DNA of 64,000 nt, taken from an uncultured Gemmatimonadales bacterium (GTDB taxonomy: Bacteria > Gemmatimonadota > Gemmatimonadetes > Gemmatimonadales > Gemmatimonadaceae). The DNA lies in NCBI GenBank assembly GCA_963707505.1, contig CAVPQB010000004.1, positions 1,280,001 to 1,344,000 of the forward strand, in the 5' to 3' direction. Each line of letters begins with the position of its first letter. Position 1 is the stretch's first letter. The notes under the pieces were generated by a model. That model saw only the letters and a program-made list of their open reading frames with translations, did no database searches and was not told the origin of the DNA. Positions 61,101 to 64,000 of this stretch are shown one piece after another. The translations under genes and the position numbers were made by a program.

Positions 61101-61859
61101 TTAATACGCTCGAGCAACTGCGCGTCGATGTATTGGCCCCAATGCACCAACGCGCATCCGGTATGCGGCGTACTCCGGAAATACGGCCATCAGAACACCC
61201 TCTTCATATCTGATGCGCGCCCATGTCATCGCGAACCACACGGCCATGATGATGAGGACCTGGATCGTCGGATGCTGGAGTGCGAGACCCGCATAGCTCA
61301 ACAGGTACGCCAGATACAGCGGATGTCTCGCTATCGCGTACGGCCCTCGTGTAACCAGCCCTCGCGCCGCGGGCTCGAGACTGATCGAGTATCGGAGATA
61401 CCACAGTCCCCAAGCGGACATGCACGCGCCGCTGAAGATGAGAATGTTGCCGGTCGGTATCGCCCAATGTGCGATCGTCGGAAACGTACGCGCAACCGGC
61501 GTCAGCCACGACGGCTCTCGTGCTGCGGCGAATGCCAGGAATAGCGGCACCATGAACGTAGCGCCATATGCGGCGACGCGCGGACCCAGCCCGCGGACCG
61601 AAGCGCGTGCACGTCGTCGGCCGAGGAACGCCAGTCCGGCCGCTACCTCATACGCGAATACGGGAATCAGTGCCAACGACACTGTCGGGGCGATTCGCAC
61701 GTCCCATGCGGCAAGCGCGAGGAACGCAAGGCATCCCACGATGTCGGACCAGTGTCGCCCGGTCGCGTTCGCCGAGGCTTCGTCGTGGATGACTACCTGT
61801 GCAGCTGTTGCGGGTGTCGCGACTGGCGCGCTCGGCGCGTCTGGAGCGGGATTGCGCAT
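61101..61859 (-). CDS. Isoprenylcysteine carboxyl methyltransferase / PEMT family membrane protein
   Basis: LVTRGPY.IARHPLY, RI.YEE.VL...FPEY..Y. Confidence 0.85.
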   Translation of the reverse strand: MRNPAPDAPSAPVATPATAAQVVIHDEASANATGRHWSDIVGCLAFLALAAWDVRIAPTVSLALIPVFAYEVAAGLAFLGRRRARASVRGLGPRVAAYGATFMVPLFLAFAAAREPSWLTPVARTFPTIAHWAIPTGNILIFSGACMSAWGLWYLRYSISLEPAARGLVTRGPYAIARHPLYLAYLLSYAGLALQHPTIQVLIIMAVWFAMTWARIRYEEGVLMAVFPEYAAYRMRVGALGPIHRRAVARAY

Positions 61860-61973
61860 CGGTTTTATCCCGGTGGTGCGTGCCTGAAAAAGGTAACGCC
61901 CCCGGACAGCGCACGCGAGTTGCCTTCATAGAGCAATGGAGCGATGACCGCTCACCGTACGCCCCGATAGAAA

Positions 61974-62893
<920 letters not shown>

Positions 62894-62897
<4 letters not shown>

Positions 62898-63163
62898 GTC
62901 CGATACCAGACTCTGAGAAACTGATACCACTCGTTCACCGACGTCATCGCCTCTTCGGTTTCAACCCGGCCGTCGTTGGTTCCCTCGCTTCTGTCCATGG
63001 TAATGTTCGGGAGCACGACCGTTTCGATATTCGTCGGCTCGATGCCGTTCGCCTCGATCCACTCATTCGCAACCGCAACCGCCGCGTCGAAGTTCTCCAT
63101 CTGATCAGCGTGAAGCATGCCGCGCTTGATGAGGTGTGGCGCAAAGTCGTGATAGGCGATCAT
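62894..63163 (-). CDS. Small acidic hypothetical protein
   Basis: 89 aa, with overlapping start and stop codons on both sides; W..ANEW, ETVVLPN, QFLRVWY. Confidence 0.65.
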
Positions 63164-63816
63164 TGTCCGGTCGTTGGTTGCGGCTGTGACGTGGTTGGGG
63201 TGCTGTCGGCCTTCTGCGCGACGCCCATCTCCTTGAGTTTCCTGCCCAGCACCTGCTCGGCCTGCTCATACGTCGCGTGCAGATCGTTTTCCGATGTCAC
63301 GACCTCGCGCAGATAGTTGTCGGCGCTGCGCACAGCCATGTCGGCCTCGCCAGGCTTGAAGTTGCTGGCGTCCATCATCGACTGGAATCCCGCACGACTG
63401 TCCTCGCGGAATCGGTCCTGAAGCGTGTACGTCAGCGAAAGCGCGCGGACCGTTTCATAGTCGAGATGAGTCAATGCGCCGGTCAGGGTCGCGGTCTGCC
63501 ACGCAGTCTGCAGCAGGAAAGGAGGACGCAGTCCGTCGATTCCTATTGAGCTCTGAAACTCCGCCTGCGTGCGTATCGAGTGCGATTTCTCCGCCTTCTG
63601 CAGTATCGAGCGAAGGCCTTCGTGATACAATAGGATGTCATCGACGCGCGCCTCGTTCTGTCGTATCTCGGTCGCGAAATTGGACATCGATTCGGTCGCC
63701 AGCTCGCGCGCGGCTCTGCGCTGTTTCCACTGGTCCACCCACAGCGCCAGCAGAATGCTGACGGTTACGGCAATCGACTGAACTATCACCTCTGCTAGCC
63801 ACGCTGGTTTGCGCAT
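63160..63816 (-). CDS. Hypothetical protein with an N-terminal membrane anchor
   Basis: SI.V.VSILLALWVDQW followed by a coiled-coil; TAWQTA..TG. Confidence 0.7.
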   Translation of the reverse strand: MRKPAWLAEVIVQSIAVTVSILLALWVDQWKQRRAARELATESMSNFATEIRQNEARVDDILLYHEGLRSILQKAEKSHSIRTQAEFQSSIGIDGLRPPFLLQTAWQTATLTGALTHLDYETVRALSLTYTLQDRFREDSRAGFQSMMDASNFKPGEADMAVRSADNYLREVVTSENDLHATYEQAEQVLGRKLKEMGVAQKADSTPTTSQPQPTTGQ

Positions 63817-63842
63817 GATTACAGCGATCTGCGTAGCAAGGA

Positions 63843-64000
63843 CTACTTGAGCGGATACCCTGGGTCCGACGGCAGCTTGCCGTCGATCCTGAGAACCTTC
63901 GAGTTGGGCGTTACCGCCGAAGCGAGAACGAAGGTAATCGATCCGGGAACGTTGTCCACGAGACTGATCGCCATGTCCGAGCTGTACACGATCTTGGGAC
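63843..64000 (-). CDS. 3' end of a substrate-binding-like protein (partial)
   Basis: Manual translation ...LVDNVPGSITFV...KVLRIDGKLPSDPGYPLK*, resembling PstS-like PBP C-termini. Confidence 0.55.
   Translation of the reverse strand, partial: PKIVYSSDMAISLVDNVPGSITFVLASAVTPNSKVLRIDGKLPSDPGYPLK

Overview
This is a high-GC bacterial chromosome segment, with nearly all genes on the minus strand. Gene content and protein styles (BTAD-TPR regulator, the Ser/Thr kinase N-terminus, carboxypeptidase-regulatory-like and TonB-plug proteins) suggest Gemmatimonadota, which is inference only. About 12 genes, several essential, carry small indels in clusters, so most frameshifts are probably long-read or consensus errors rather than pseudogenes. 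From left to right: (1) an operon with a lanthanide-type PQQ alcohol/methanol dehydrogenase (xoxF-like, D-Y-D motif), xoxJ, a cytochrome c and a caa3-type oxidase (ctaC/D/E), plus a divergent beta-propeller gene; (2) sdhCAB, mdh, moaDEA and an HU/IHF gene; (3) an accessory block of four secreted or lipoprotein genes (including OmpA and DUF4412-like) with a divergent BTAD/SARP-TPR regulator; (4) a housekeeping run of carA, secG, tpi, pgk, gap, comF, aroE, LMW phosphatase, tsaC, ispD, radA, intein-containing dnaB, udg, coaBC, rpoZ, gmk, yicC, pepA and icd; (5) a truncated haemoglobin, a cupin, two glycosyltransferases and tRNA-Leu(CAA); (6) a ~1.9 kb TetR plus two-domain cupredoxin islet bounded by a degenerate copy of the tRNA 5' half; (7) a Tad/Flp pilus locus with three pilins and a sigma54/IHF-type promoter; (8) a methyltransferase, a kinase and hypothetical genes. 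The most notable observations are predicted lipoprotein anchoring of all three Xox proteins next to an oxidase lacking the K-channel lysine, the tRNA 5'-half duplication, an HTH-carrying P-loop DnaB intein, and the uncharacterised BTAD-linked envelope operon.
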